Shown here piece after piece: positions 50,119-63,216 of a DNA stretch of 64,000 nt. The first letter of the stretch is position 1, and each line of letters starts with the position of its first letter. Below the pieces are notes generated by a model that was not told where the DNA came from, made no database searches, and saw only the letters and a list, made by a program, of their open reading frames with translations. The position numbers were made by a program, and so were the translations under genes. This DNA comes from Cirrosporium novae-zelandiae (taxonomy: Eukaryota), in contig JAPETS010000040.1 in assembly GCA_026023565.1 (NCBI GenBank), positions 1-64,000 on the forward strand, in the 5' to 3' direction.

Positions 50119-52298
50119 CGTGTCTATTCTTTCAAAGCTGAGGGCAACTTTGGTAAAGGATAGAAGGTGAAGCTGATGAGGGTCTACTCAGCAGCTAGAA
50201 GGTGTAGAGTAATGCGACAAAAGATTTTTGTGTTATTGGCGGTGGCTCAAGGCAACTTATGTCAGGTTCGTTGGGTTAAGAGGTAAAACAGCGGTAAGTG
50301 AAAGAAAGATTGATCTTTTTTTGAAATGTTTCTTTTCGCAATGATTTACCTTAGATCAGATTTGGATGTGTGATTGGCTGTTTGCAGAAGTTGAGTCGAA
50401 CAACAACAACAACAACAACAACAAAGAAAAAAGGCGGTTTGCGCAAACGAGCAGGCCACGGCCACGTATTTAAGTCATGTAGTACTGTGTGATCGACTTG
50501 TTGATGACTTGTGCGTACCCTGCAAGCTTGTTTCTTCCTGGATATTTTAGATGGTAGTAGAACAAATCATCATGGTCTGGAGACAATCTGAAGCAATTAA
50601 TTTCCAAGCCAGGGCTCCTGTCCATGGTCATAATGACAATGACCTCACTACATTTCCTTTCCCCAGATACAAAGAAAAATACATGGGAATGTAACAATTT
50701 TTCTTTCTTTCAAATTTCATTTTCATTGGTTTATTTACCGTATGTTTCAACTTTCCAAGAGTCACCTCAAAATCCATTACCGCTCTAGACGACAGAACCG
50801 TTAGCTATTCTATCGGCGATTTCAATCCATGGCAGAACACTGGCAGAACACTGGTAGTACTCTTTCCCCTGTCAAGGTCTAAATTACACAACATCACAGT
50901 CAAGAAAGTAAAAAAACCTGAAAGAAAAAGAGGCCCATGCAGATAATTGACGAATGACCCAACCCCCATCAAGGTAAAAGAAAACGAAGACATGAAGTTG
51001 GAATTGCCAGCAAATCAAGTCAAGGGATCCCTCGTAGTGTGGCTCTTTTCTTTCGTCATCAAGCAAAGGTGGGTGATTAATTTTATGTGGCTCATCCATT
51101 TTGACTAACAGTGGCGCGGTGGTGTGGCGCGGTGGTGAGGCACAGCCAAAGGCCACCACGAGATGATTTTTCAATTATCAAATCTTTCAATTCACATGAT
51201 AATAATGAGAATGATGATGCTCACAACTTACAAAAGAAGAATTAATCATCCACACGCAAAAAAAGCCATTAGATTACGACAACAACGGGATGGCCAGCAA
51301 TTAATATACTTCATTCATCTACAGCAAACATCTTCCCTCCCTCCCTCTTATCTAACACAGGATATGATAAAAGTAATCCATCCATCCATCCATCCATAAT
51401 TTCATAATATCAAACAATCTAGGTCTATCCATCCCCATTTAGTTTAATTTAATTACCTTAAATATCTCGGTCCCTAATCACTAGTTCCATAATACGTATC
51501 TATCCCTTGGCATATCTAAAAGATAAAAGATAATATTGCCTTTTTTGCTAACCAACCCCAAAAAACCGTTTCAAGACAAGATCCCGGAAAGGGATTCCTT
51601 CCCGTCGCTGGATAAGTTTTTTAAAGCTTCCCTTGCTAATTAATTCAGTGGAGTGGAGAGGGGAGAGGGAAAGGGAGGGGAAAAGGAAAACCTTCCATCA
51701 TCATCGTCATTGAACGTTCCCGTTTAGCTTTCCAATCCGTCCTTTGCCATTCCTATCTGGTTAGTTAGTGGTGAACGGAACGACCTCGATACAAATCAAG
51801 CTATTACGCCGAGGAGAAGGAAAGAAAGAAAGAACATCTGGAATGTAAGTGATTATTTAATCCAATCCCAATAATGTACCGAGGATCCTTTTTTTGATTT
51901 TTGTGCTTTGGTGATGGAATGAATAATTAGAAAGGAAAAAAGCAGGTGATTTACTTATAGTAAAAAATATTTAAAAGACGTAATTCCTAATTCCCAATAA
52001 ATTATTTCTCTGATTGTTCACAAGTAATTATTTAATTTATTTACTTGATAGAAAGTTCCTTAAATATTTTAATGTTCAAGAGAAAGCTATTTTTCTTAAA
52101 TAGCTCTAAGTTACAAGCTTCCTGACATCATCCACATCCTATCCTATCCTATCTCATCCTATCTATCTCATTAGACTAGATAGAAAAGACAAAAAAACAT
52201 AACACCAACCAACCCACTGACACCTCCATCCAACCTTACTGGAAAACCTTCATTCACCTAAATAAACTCCGCCAGCAAAATATCTGGTTACGTTAAAA

Positions 52299-53275
52299 AT
52301 GGATACCTATCAGAAAAAGTCAGCAACGTTAATCCCGACGGATCCTTCCTCTGTCATGGTCATCAGAACCATCACACCTCTCCTCTCCACCCTCTCCGTC
52401 CCCTTTGCTCGATATGGTCGCTTCAAGGTCGGTGGAAGGGCTACCATAGGTATAGTACCTTCACTATTCATTTACCCCCCCTCCCCTTCATTCCCGACTC
52501 TACCCCACCACACCCTACCCCCAAACCCTTTGCACAATAATAAAAACGACGACGACGACGACGACAACGCTGACATGATACCCCACCAACCCTAGTCAAA
52601 CTCAAGACCTCTTCCCTAGCCGTCTTCTCCCCGGTATCCCTAACCCCAGACGTACAATCACACCTCACGGCCCTCGGAAACCAAGTTCGCTACCTAATCT
52701 GCCCCGACGCCGAACACCACATCTTCCTCACCCAATGGGCGAAAGAATACCCACAGGCACACATCATCGGGCCCGAAGCCCTCGTCACGAAACGCGCCGC
52801 CGACCCCTCCACATCCGCAGAAAAATTCTCCACCGTCTTCAACAAGACAAACAAAAAGGAAATCAAAGTCACCGAGGAATTCGACGCTGAGTTCGAGTAC
52901 GAATACATAGATGCCCACCCAAACAAGGAGCTAGTCTTCTTCCATAAACCCTCCAAGACCCTCATCGAGGCCGACCTGATGTTCAATCTTCCGGCCACGG
53001 AACAGTACTCCAAGACGGGCGAATCCGCCAGCACGGGCCTCGCGACCAAGTTTTTCGTCGCCTTGATGGGTACCTCAGGGGATGCAAAGTGGCAGAAACG
53101 TTTTCTCTGGAGCCTGGCGAGTAAAGGGGATCGGAACGAATTCAACGAGGCCGCCCAACGGATCGATGGGTGGGACTTTGATAAGATTGTTCCGTGCCAT
53201 GGTGATGTGATCGAGCAGGATGCCAAGGGGATATTCAGAAAGGTGTTTGAGTGGCATTTGAATGGGAAGAAATGA
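52299..53275 (+). CDS. DUF4336 / metallo-beta-lactamase-fold protein; 2 exons
   Basis: SVPFARYGRFKVGGRATI|VKL, YLICPDAEHHIF, FFHKPSKTLIEADLMFN, WDFDKIVPCHGD. Intron 52450-52595. Confidence 0.85.
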
Positions 53276-53785
53276 GCACGAGAAAAGGGTTGGGGAACGG
53301 GGGAAGTGAGATGATCCTTCGCTTGGCAAAAGGAAGAAAATTAGTGTTTGCTTGCTGCTGTATCAGTCCCGTGGAACATATTTCTTTTAATTGTTGGAGT
53401 TACACCTCATGCAAGTTGGGCATGAACAAGGACTGACCGTGTTATACACGGTTTATTGTGACACAAGATAATAAAAATCCTTAATTTTTAGTTTTTGTGA
53501 CAGGATGAGCGAGCACCGGAGGGTATAATCATTTCGCTGCTAGTACCATCAACATCCATCAATAATAAACATTTCACCCCGCTATTCCGTATTTTCAAGA
53601 TACTTGAACATGTTCCGCTGAGAGTAGCCTCACCCTTTCACATATCGTATTCGCCACCATTTATGTAAACTCCGAAGGGTAATCGATGCCCCGCCACCGA
53701 ATGCGCCGTTGATGCAACTGTATAATCTTTTGTGTGAAACCCAAGTAGTACCGTCCACCAATCATCTCTGAAAAAAAACCCATCT

Positions 53786-55003
53786 CTAGTTGCTGCCGAT
53801 GAACCGTTCACTATCGGGCTTCCAAGAACCTAATGTAAAAGTACCTGTCAGATTTCTTTGCTGTTCACCAAAGACACGGCGATAAGGGATGGACGTACCT
53901 TCAAAATCATGTCTCACAAAAGCCATGGGATCTTCCGAATCCCTTGCTCCCATCTGCCCGACACCGGGGCTGAAACTGGTAATCGGCAAGACCACCACAT
54001 CTCCCATCTGCCTATGAGCTTCAAGCCCCGTAAAGTTCTCCCATGTGATATTTCTCCCGGCACTCTTATCAAAGTATTCGGGATTGTTGAGATAGTGGAA
54101 TATTGAATCAGTCCAAACTGCAGGTCCCGTAAACTCTACTATACTCTTATCAATTTTCCCTTCCTTAAGATGGCCTTCATGTTTCATTCGGAGGGTGTCT
54201 TCGGTGATGGTGGCGACAATGTCACGGAGGACAGGATGACCTGGTTTCGATTGAATGGTCCATTGGCAGAACTGAATTCGTCGAGAATACCAATCTTTCC
54301 AATCTGGTCGGTCGGGGTCTGCTTCGATGCCAACAATCAAGCCAACCGAGGACCGAGGGATATTGTCTGGAAGCCAGTCCATGGTTGGCTTAAGGGAAAA
54401 AGTATCAATGTCCGAATAGATACCCCCTCTTGCGAGCAAAATAAGGTATCTGAAAAAGTCCGCCTTCAGGACAGGCACAGGAAGTGCATTGTAGGCCTCC
54501 ACAACATCTGGAATAGAAGCATACAAGTATTTGATCAGAGTGACGGCGGTGCTGTCCGTAATCACCTCATGCACAAATAAGGGGTGATGCTCTGTCCAGC
54601 TAGCTTCTGCCGGCCTGAATCTATCTTGAAAGCCTCCCTCATTGGGTGTATATTTCCATGTCTGCCAAATGTATGCCGGAAACTTCTCCTCAACATCATA
54701 AGGAAATTGGTATCGTAGTTGTTCTCGTAGCGGCTTGCCAGCAAGATCCGCCAAGGAGATTTGGCTATAAGGTTTCTTCGCTGCTGGCTTCGTCCCAGCA
54801 TAAGGGCGCCCTGACATGGAAACTGTTGCAGGTCGTCCAGTCGTTTGTACCTGTCCTGTCGTGTCATCGCCACTTGAGTCTCCAGAAGTTGATGTCGAGT
54901 ATGTGTATACGCTGACGGACGGTGCCGGGTTTGAGTTGTGGAGTAGGAAGAAGAAAGTCAGGACAAAGCCCGCTATCATCAGAGCCTTTCGAAAAGTAAA
55001 CAT
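53786..55003 (-). CDS. OCH1: Initiation-specific alpha-1,6-mannosyltransferase (GT32); 2 exons
   Basis: Type II anchor; FPAYIWQTWK, KADFFRYLILLARGGIYSDID, GIEADPDRPDW, QFCQWTIQSKPGHP, FTGPAVWTD, HDFE|GSWK. Intron 53898-53830. Confidence 0.93.
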   Translation of the reverse strand: MFTFRKALMIAGFVLTFFFLLHNSNPAPSVSVYTYSTSTSGDSSGDDTTGQVQTTGRPATVSMSGRPYAGTKPAAKKPYSQISLADLAGKPLREQLRYQFPYDVEEKFPAYIWQTWKYTPNEGGFQDRFRPAEASWTEHHPLFVHEVITDSTAVTLIKYLYASIPDVVEAYNALPVPVLKADFFRYLILLARGGIYSDIDTFSLKPTMDWLPDNIPRSSVGLIVGIEADPDRPDWKDWYSRRIQFCQWTIQSKPGHPVLRDIVATITEDTLRMKHEGHLKEGKIDKSIVEFTGPAVWTDSIFHYLNNPEYFDKSAGRNITWENFTGLEAHRQMGDVVVLPITSFSPGVGQMGARDSEDPMAFVRHDFEGTSIPYRRVFGEQQRNLTGTFTLGSWKPDSERFIGSN

Positions 55004-56189
55004 GGTGAATGAAGAAATCTTAGGACGGATGAACGAAACGAAGGGAGGCGGCCGAGGGCCGCGTTGAAGATGGAATTATCTCGATCGAGAGGGCGGAAAG
55101 GTTTAAGGATGAAAAGGACAAGGGATGACGAGGAAGAACGTTGACGGGAGGATTAAGAAGGGTATTAATTATTGACAAAAGAGGTTGAGTTTGAGCTTTT
55201 CCATGGTACGGGAGGACGACCAAGTTTCTTTTTGGATAAAGGAAGATTGTCAGGGTCAGTTTCTCAATAGGATTGATATATTGAGGGAACCAGGGTTATT
55301 TTTTTTTTTTGAGGTTAGCCATTTGGAAGACCAGAGCTAATCGGCTTAATCAATTTAATTCACTAAGTTTTTAGACCGTGTGCCTTGTCTCTGGTCTCCC
55401 AGTTTCTACCAATTGTTGTACCAATTGTCTACCAATGTTTAGTTACGTTATCTGCATTATTGTGTGGTGGACATTTTTGGATGGCCGGCTGCAGCTCCTG
55501 GCTGGTTGCGAGACCGTGAGACCTGGCGATGAAGCTTTTTGTTGACGGGCCGCCATGGGACATTTGGCCTTTGGGGCTTGGTAGGCCTTGGTAGCCCCGG
55601 GAGGCGCACAACTGAACAGACCCGAAGCCAACTGAAGTGCCAACCTCCCAGCTGCAGACGAATGCCATTGCGTGTTCGCAGTGACATTGTTCGTTCTCAT
55701 CGGTTAGACTGCTACTACAACTATTAATATCTTCTATGAAATTTATTCTATTTCAGCTGTTCAAGTACAACAAAGTGCCATGCAAGGTTTGCAGTGCTGA
55801 TGATACAAAAAGAAGCAGATGATGGCAATGAAAAGGTAATTAACTAAAAAGGGGATATTCATTTAATTACTGTACTTGAAGATGAAAGAGCTCAGCAATC
55901 ACAAGCCATCCATGAATCATTTCATCAATCCGTCAGTTCTTCATAATTCAGGTCCCACTTAGCCTCACGGATCAGCTTTGAACGAACGCGCGTTCCAAGG
56001 ATCAAGTTTCAAGCTTTTTAGATGGACTCCAGCTTATTCCGGACCAGGGAAACATTCCGTCATCGTTGGAATTTCCTCCAGTCCTTCGTCCAAAGAACCC
56101 CGGCCTTTATCTACAAGGAGGCCTTAGGCCTTCAAATCTGTGACACCGAATACCATGTTCCTTGTCACCTACACTTCCTTGACCCTGCC

Positions 56190-56238
56190 TTTTGAGCCTT
56201 TTGAGCCTTTTGAGCCTTTGAGCCTTTGAGCCTTTGAG
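56190..56238. repeat. (CTTTTGAGC/CTTTGAGC)6 minisatellite
   Basis: Read directly. Confidence 0.85.
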
Positions 56239-57299
56239 TCCTCGTAACCGTAACCGTAACGGTTTTTTCTAGCCCCTGGCATGACAACCATCTTTCATCT
56301 TTCTTCTTACCCTTCCGTCTATCTAACGTAGCGTAAATATATTTTCTTTGTTTTTAACTGATAAATGAGATAAAATGGCTACACAACTATCATTGTCATT
56401 CCATGGATTTTCCGTTGCATAAGTCATAAGTACATAAGTACATATTATATACATGCAATGTATGCATATACCTATTTGAACCTAGTTCATACCTACATAT
56501 TTATTCAGTCATCCTCCTTCCTCACAGAATACGGACCGCGGCTACCGATCAAGCAAATAACAATATCCCGAGTCCGATATCCGTCCGCATCTTGATAATT
56601 AGACAAAGTAGTAAATCAACCAATTGGCCCATCTCTACTATCCACATCACCGTTGCTATGGGATTTCCTGCAGATTAAATCACGGAACCTGATCAGGTAC
56701 AGGAACACAGAATGTCACCGGCCTTTCAAAGTCGTAATTCACCCTTGTCTCTGGCGTTTGCGTTGTTGTAGTAAAAATTATTATGCCATATCTCCCTGGT
56801 ATTGAACAACTCTTTCCCCATCTTTCATTGTTGCAACTTGCCAAAGTGAACTTCCTTTTGAAGGATTATCTCCAGATCACCCTCACTCTGGCAACAATTG
56901 CAACATGCGACATTGCTCTCTCTGGCTCTGCTTTGCTTTGGGATGTCCCCGATATTTCCCCAACTGTGCACGGTAAAATGTCCCTTACAGGTAGGCTAGC
57001 TTAAGGTAAGGTAGGTGTAAGGTAGTTTGGATATTGAGCGCTAACATCTAACACCTAACATCTCTTTGTTCCCTTGGTGCTCACTGCATTAACACAGTAA
57101 CATACTAAAGATTCTCTCCATTCATGTTTATTTACACCTAGATAGAAAGAATACTACAAAATCTCCAACACAAACTGACCTTACTTCCTCTCCCTACCTC
57201 ACCCCTCCTCTCAGTCCACAAAAAAAGATCCCGCATTCCCACTCCCAACCTGAAACAAAAAAGTATAAACCCTCAGCTTTACACAATCCCATCCCAACA

Positions 57300-58200
57300 A
57301 GCATTTTCCCCCATCAAAATTAACCCTAATCTCCCATCACCCACCAATTCTGGAATATGATATATCTCTTTCACCTTTCAAAAACTTTAGTTTTTTTTGT
57401 TTTTTAATTTTATTTTTTACTTAGCAACTAACCGCCATCTACCAAGTCCCTTTGCCCCCTTCTTTCAATCACCAGATCTCCCCCTCCTAAGGCCGTTGGT
57501 CGGGACTCGGGGGAGTTCGGGGGGTCTTAGTTGTTATATCCTAACTTTTAGAATTGTGGGTGGTGGGGGGGGGGATGAGACGTAGGCTGCAGCGTTTCGC
57601 TTTGTTGTGTTTTACTTTGCGCACAGATGAGCTCAGACAAGTCAAGTCAGTCAGTCAATGGAGGCTTAACAGGCTCCATGTTAATGCCTATCTATGCCTA
57701 ACTCTTATGCTTATGCTAAATCCATAGGGGTGGCTGGCTGCACACTGCTTAACTTAACTATATTATATAACCAAAAGGTATCATTTGGCCCTCAGCCACA
57801 AAACAAACAGGCAACCTCATTAACTCACCGATTACCTCCTTTGTCCTTTTTGCTCCTTTGTTTTTTTTTTTTTGTTTTTTCTTTCTTTGTCACAAGGTAT
57901 GATATTTCCGTTTGGAGCTCAAGGCCAACTGCATTGGGTTGTATTCAACCATCTACTCAATTCAGTATGGGATCGCCGTTGTCTCATTTGTTTCCACCAG
58001 ACAGGCATTGGGGTAGTGTCGTAGTTACCGACTACTAGGTGGATGGATATCTTGCGCCCAATTACCGTTTACTCTCAATGAACTTCATCGGAATTATTTC
58101 GGGATAGATGCTGTACTTTTTCTCTTTGCAGCAACTACGTCAAAGAATCTTTTATTGTTTCAAGACCATTTTTTCTTGATTGATTAATACTAATTTACAA
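57300..58200 (+). ncRNA. Candidate structured ncRNA with a long rod-like hairpin (telomerase RNA candidate B or other ncRNA); ends approximate
   Basis: TAACCCTAA at 57321-57329 followed directly by a 23-bp helix (57331-57354 with 57547-57569) that encloses further nested helices. No recognisable ORF. Confidence 0.35.
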
Positions 58201-58349
58201 TAACCAAAAAATTAAGCGAGCACCTTCGAACCAACTCCATGCTCTGGCTGTTTAATTTTATCATACTTTTCACTTTTCATTTATCAAAAAACTCCAGTCC
58301 ATGCTTCGCTGTGTTCGTCTTCAGAAGGGCATCCAAGCCGCGTTCAACT

Positions 58350-59939
58350 TTAGTCAAGGAAGGACTTGATATTCCCTCCAATGTGTTCCAGGTCCAACAG
58401 GAAGGTATCGTGTCCGAAAAGACTCACTTCCTGTCCCAATTCGACGTGTGTGACGGTCTTGTTCCCGGTGGCACGGAGGGTATCCGCTATCTCTCTTTGC
58501 TGCCAGGCGGGGAAGAGGATATCGCTTGCTACGCCCATGACGAGTGTAGGATGAGAGCGGAGGGGTGAAAGACCAGCGATTAAATCCGAAGGAGGTTCGT
58601 TTTGGGAGACCTCGGATTCGGATGATGCGGGACTATTTTGTTCCTCGTAGGGTTGGTCTGGGAGAGTGTTTAGTCCACATTGGTTTGGGGATTTCCAGTT
58701 TCCTGTGTCGATATTCTTCTGGTTCTTGGCTCGCATGTTTGAAAGGAGGGATTGATGCTCTTTTCCTAAATCGAAAAGATCCATGGCCTTGGAGACGTAG
58801 AGGAAACTATTTGGGTCATATTCCAGACACCACTTTTCCCCCGCATGATCCAGGTATGTTTCTATGAGGAAATCTGGACATAGAGCTGGCGGCTTTCTCG
58901 GATCCGCTCTTCTACGGCCGAATCGCTGTTCCCATTCGGGGCCGCTTCGGTATGTGACAGTTGCGATTTCTCGTGCGAGTTTCATGCCGAAATGGGGAGG
59001 GATACGGTCGTAGTAGAATCCTCGCGACCAATTTGGATCCATCATCAAGACTTGCCGTTGAGTGTGCCTCATGGCTATGCTGTAGGGATGACTCCTGGCA
59101 CAGCCACTAATACTAACAATTTTTCCAACTCTTTCAGGGAACAGGACACCAGCAGCTATGCTTTGCATCCCGCCCATACTAGCACCAACGCTTGAGTAGA
59201 GCTTCTGAATTCCAAGCCCATCCAATAATCGAAACTGAGCTCGAACCATATCCTGCATTGTAAGGATCGGGAATCGAGTAGCATACCTCTGACCATCAGA
59301 AGGGTCTATCGAGCCCGGTCCAGTACTCCCGAAGCATCCTCCGATTACATTCGTGCATATAATAAAGTATTTATTGGTATCTAGTGGACGCCCTGGCCCG
59401 ATGAACTTTTCCCACCATCCTGGTTTTGAGTTTTCTTTTGTGCTGTGCGCATGGCTTGAAGCTGAGAGGCCTGTGTGTAAAAGTATAGCATTGCTCTTCT
59501 CAGCATTCAAATTTCCCCAGGACTCGTAAGCGATGTCGAATTCTGGTAAAACGCCTCCCCAATCAAGCAACAAAGGTTGCTGGGAATGATAATTGAGAGC
59601 ATATCCGGTAGTATATGAAGGCTCTGGACCAGATTCTAAAGATCGATTGACGAGAGAGGCTGTTCTTGCTTCCTGAGCATCTAAGCAAGGGAAGGATAAC
59701 GCAGGATTAGTCGAGTCTGACGGTAGAGGAACAACATTGTCGTGGTGAATTTCTGCGAAGGAGGCTTGTGCCTTTTTTGTTGTGTCAGTCTTGAGCCCTC
59801 TAGATGTAAGCTGTGAAGTTTGATTGAGAGTGGAGATTGAGGAAATAGGTCGAAAAATTTGAGGTCTATATATATTATTAGAACGGAGGTTTTGAGCGGC
59901 GATGCGGGCAGCCCTTGAGGCTGCTTGTGAAATATTCAT
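58350..59939 (-). CDS. CYS2: Mitochondrial serine O-succinyl/acetyltransferase (homoserine acetyltransferase family), cysteine biosynthesis
   Basis: [60 protein letters not shown]; presequence. Confidence 0.88.
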   Translation of the reverse strand: MNISQAASRAARIAAQNLRSNNIYRPQIFRPISSISTLNQTSQLTSRGLKTDTTKKAQASFAEIHHDNVVPLPSDSTNPALSFPCLDAQEARTASLVNRSLESGPEPSYTTGYALNYHSQQPLLLDWGGVLPEFDIAYESWGNLNAEKSNAILLHTGLSASSHAHSTKENSKPGWWEKFIGPGRPLDTNKYFIICTNVIGGCFGSTGPGSIDPSDGQRYATRFPILTMQDMVRAQFRLLDGLGIQKLYSSVGASMGGMQSIAAGVLFPERVGKIVSISGCARSHPYSIAMRHTQRQVLMMDPNWSRGFYYDRIPPHFGMKLAREIATVTYRSGPEWEQRFGRRRADPRKPPALCPDFLIETYLDHAGEKWCLEYDPNSFLYVSKAMDLFDLGKEHQSLLSNMRAKNQKNIDTGNWKSPNQCGLNTLPDQPYEEQNSPASSESEVSQNEPPSDLIAGLSPLRSHPTLVMGVASDILFPAWQQREIADTLRATGNKTVTHVELGQEVSLFGHDTFLLDLEHIGGNIKSFLD

Positions 59940-60068
59940 GGCGGGGTATTAAACTGAGGGGAGATGATGTTTTCAAGGCCTTCCAGGGCCGGGGGAAGTT
60001 GTTTAAAGGCATTGTGACGTTTGATGATGTCTTTAATAGATTATTTGCATAGAATGGCTTTTAATGAA

Positions 60069-60078
60069 ATGATGCCAT
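60069..60078. promoter_or_regulatory. Putative CYS3/MetR bZIP site
   Basis: ATGATGCCAT matches ATGRYRYCAT, 130 bp upstream of the CYS2 ATG. Confidence 0.4.
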
Positions 60079-61379
60079 CAATTCGCTATTTGATTGGGTG
60101 GTTCTCGGCGGTAATCGGCGGCAAAATATTTTATTTCAAAGCAGTTTACCACCGAGCTTCTATTTCCTTCTTATCATTTTTTTTTTCATCTCTATGGCGC
60201 TGTTATGAATTCTTATTTATAATTCTGTACTGTCCGATCTCAGTTCCATCATAATCGCCATTTCTAGGAAAAGATACAGGTAGAGATTCATCACTATACA
60301 GACACCTGTATTATATCGAATTATTACATGGTCGCCGTTATAAGTTATTTTAGGTACAGTTTATACCCTGTTAGGTTAGACGTTACTGTCACTTTACAGT
60401 TGTAGCGATCAACTTCCTGATACTCCGATATAACAATAATGCCACAGAGTTTTGCTATGAAACTGACATGATACGGATGAAATATTTAATCATAACTTGG
60501 TCAATTATTTGACCACGAGCTTTGAGTTTAATAGTTCGTCACCAGACCTCCAGCAACAATATTCACGAGTTCCAGTTGCGAAGTTACTGGATATTCGAGC
60601 CCGACATTGACTCAGAAGATGTTAGCATGTACGAACTGCTAATCCACCTATGTGCATTAACATAATCAATGAGATTGATCCTCAGCTTCTTTCTCAATCA
60701 ATTTTCCCGCGTATCAGAGGTGAATCACTTTGCTCATCTACAGATAGCATCTTTATTACCTATCCAAGAAGGTTGAGCTTAGCAATAGTGTCTCCAAATG
60801 CGTGCAACACATCAGACCATGGTACGATTAGGGTGGAGAACTTAGAAGAGAAGATACGAACGGGGTATACCTCACCACATGTCCCGTGTTATTGTATCAT
60901 CCTCAGACACTTCCGAAGCGACCTCTCTTCCAGTTTCACACAATCCAAACAAAGGTTTATCATTTTTTAGAGATTATTTCTTTCTCATTTCGCAACTTCT
61001 CTCTCAGCTTCAAATCATGAATATATTTGCATTAGTAATACCGAAGATTTTCGCATGGTGTAGCTGTTGAAGGGCCAGCATTCGGCTGAAAATGATTAAG
61101 ATGCTTTGCTTGTCAAAAAACTTTTACTAGAGATCATATGGACATGATCGGAGGTCGCTCGGCTAACTGAGAAGTACTCGTACATGGTGATTATTGAAAG
61201 AGGCCCGGAACTAAGCTCCGCTGGACTATGTCAATTTTCGGGGTTTTCAAAGCTTCCTTGACATACCTAGTATATTACAACTAATAAATCAGCAAGGATG
61301 CTCAAGAAGTCTGCTGCTTCTGCAATCTTTTGGTTATCGAGCCCCGTCTAATAAGTCTTGTCTTCTCTCTCATTGATCT

Positions 61380-62812
61380 CTAGCAAGTTAAACCAAGATT
61401 CCAGAGAATAGACCAACCACCGATGACAGCACTAATGCCTGTGTATAGAATCACAAAACCGTACTCAGTTCCATAACCCCAATTGCTCGAATGCTGGACC
61501 GCACCACTCTTTAGTAGCTCTATTCCGGCAAATCCACCAGCCACAAACCCAAGCCCACGGCCTCCATTTAGGAGGCTGTATACGACGCCTGTATCAACAG
61601 CCTCATTATGAGAGACAGCTTCTCTTTCTATTTCTTTAAGCACACCGCCCCAGGTTGCTGAATATGCTCCGGCGAAAAAACCGTAAATGACAGAGAAGAG
61701 TGCAAGTCCTACCACCCCAGACTGTGCAGCAATGCCCCAAAGCAGAAATGCAGATAGTGCCGATCCAATTGCTGATAAGAATGTGATTGTGAATGGCGTC
61801 AGGATGTAACCACCGACTAGTGGGATGCCATCACCAAGCATACCAAAGGCGATGCACGAGAAAATGCCTGGCAGGTTGAAAAGAGCGAGCATGAGAGAGC
61901 TTTTTGTTGGCGATAGGTGCAAGACCTGTCTTGCGTAGCTTGGTAGATACGTCTGAGGTAGTCCATATCCGCTACTGAAAACGATGTTAGCGATATGGAA
62001 GATATAGAATGTCGGATGAGTCAAGAACTTCCACGGCGTCCGCCTGGTAGTATGAGGCCGTGAATTCGTGCTCAGTTCAGTCCGGGAGTGTATCAATGGC
62101 ATAGCCAGGCTGCCGCTAATCAGAGTGATTACTCCCCAGATTCGGAGCGTATTCCGCAATCCCAAGCTGCTGAGTAAAGCAGGGATGAGAAATGGCGTTC
62201 CAGTGCCTACAATATTCTTGGCTGCCAGAATCACTCCATAGGCGTAGCTTTTCCGCTGAACGAACCATTCGTCGAGATCAAGTGTTGTTGGACTGTACAC
62301 GAGAGCGCTTCCAAGACCGCAAAATATACCTTGTGTTACAATTAGATGCCAGACCGCTGTACTAGAAGCTGATATAATGAGACTGATGCTGGAAATTAGG
62401 AGTCCGACAATGGCCGCTGTGCGCCTCCATCGAAATAGACGGCTAGAAAACAGTGTTGATAAGAAGGGAAGGGAGATATAGAGGACGCCATTAAGTGTTG
62501 GACCAATAACTCCTGTGAGTCTGCTACTACCCTGCAGCTGAAAGTGTGTTGTATATTGCTCCTGGAGTACGCCATAAGATGTAACAAATCCTAAAAAAAG
62601 AACAAATCAATTTACTTAAATCTTAAAGTCCCCTTGCACACCACTGTAGTAACAAACAAAATCTGGCTCTCACCCCAAATTGGAAACTGAAGGATGGAGC
62701 TGCCAACTAGAACCATGGTAGCTGCTCTGCTACCGTCAGGCTGGGATGATGAGGCATTCGTTTGATGCTCAATTTCATCTCCGATGTGAAGGTCGAAGGT
62801 GCTGTCAGTCAT
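61380..62812 (-). CDS. MFS monocarboxylate-transporter-like protein (MCH family); 2 exons
   Basis: QPDGSRAA, PIW|GFVTSYGVLQEQY, LIVTQGIFCGLG, LDEWFVQRK, GYGLPQTYLPSYA. Intron 62673-62591. Confidence 0.87.
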
Positions 62813-63216
62813 GGTGTATAAAGTCCACTGCTCGATGAAGTAAGTAAGTGATGCTTCTGTCGAGCATTCATGGCGGCTATGAATATTTTATCTCTAATTT
62901 TTATGACGAGGTATTGTATTAGAAATCGCTACATAGACAATCCCTACTAGTAATAGCAGTTATAGCCGAGGAGGAGTCGAAACTGGTCGCCTGTTGACTA
63001 TTGCTCGCCTACTCTACTTCCCACCTTTGTTACATCCTTACTCACCTTTCCAAACAAAAAACTGATTTCATTCCACTTAAGATTCAGATGTGATACCTAG
63101 AGATTATATAATTAATACCATAAAACTTATCATTTTCCTATCCTTTCCATCTCCGTGATGCGTGATTTTTTTTAGAAAGCGTGATTGTATTATCGACACT
63201 TTTGTATTGTAATACT

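Noticed and set aside
56685..56698. GAACCTGATCAGGT, resembling the TPP riboswitch core
   Set aside because: No upstream CTGAGA, no downstream AATACCTGCG, and no thiamine gene nearby; it is a simple palindrome.
60500..61300. Short ORFs between CYS2 and the MFS gene
   Set aside because: No motifs and many stops in all frames; cannot be called.
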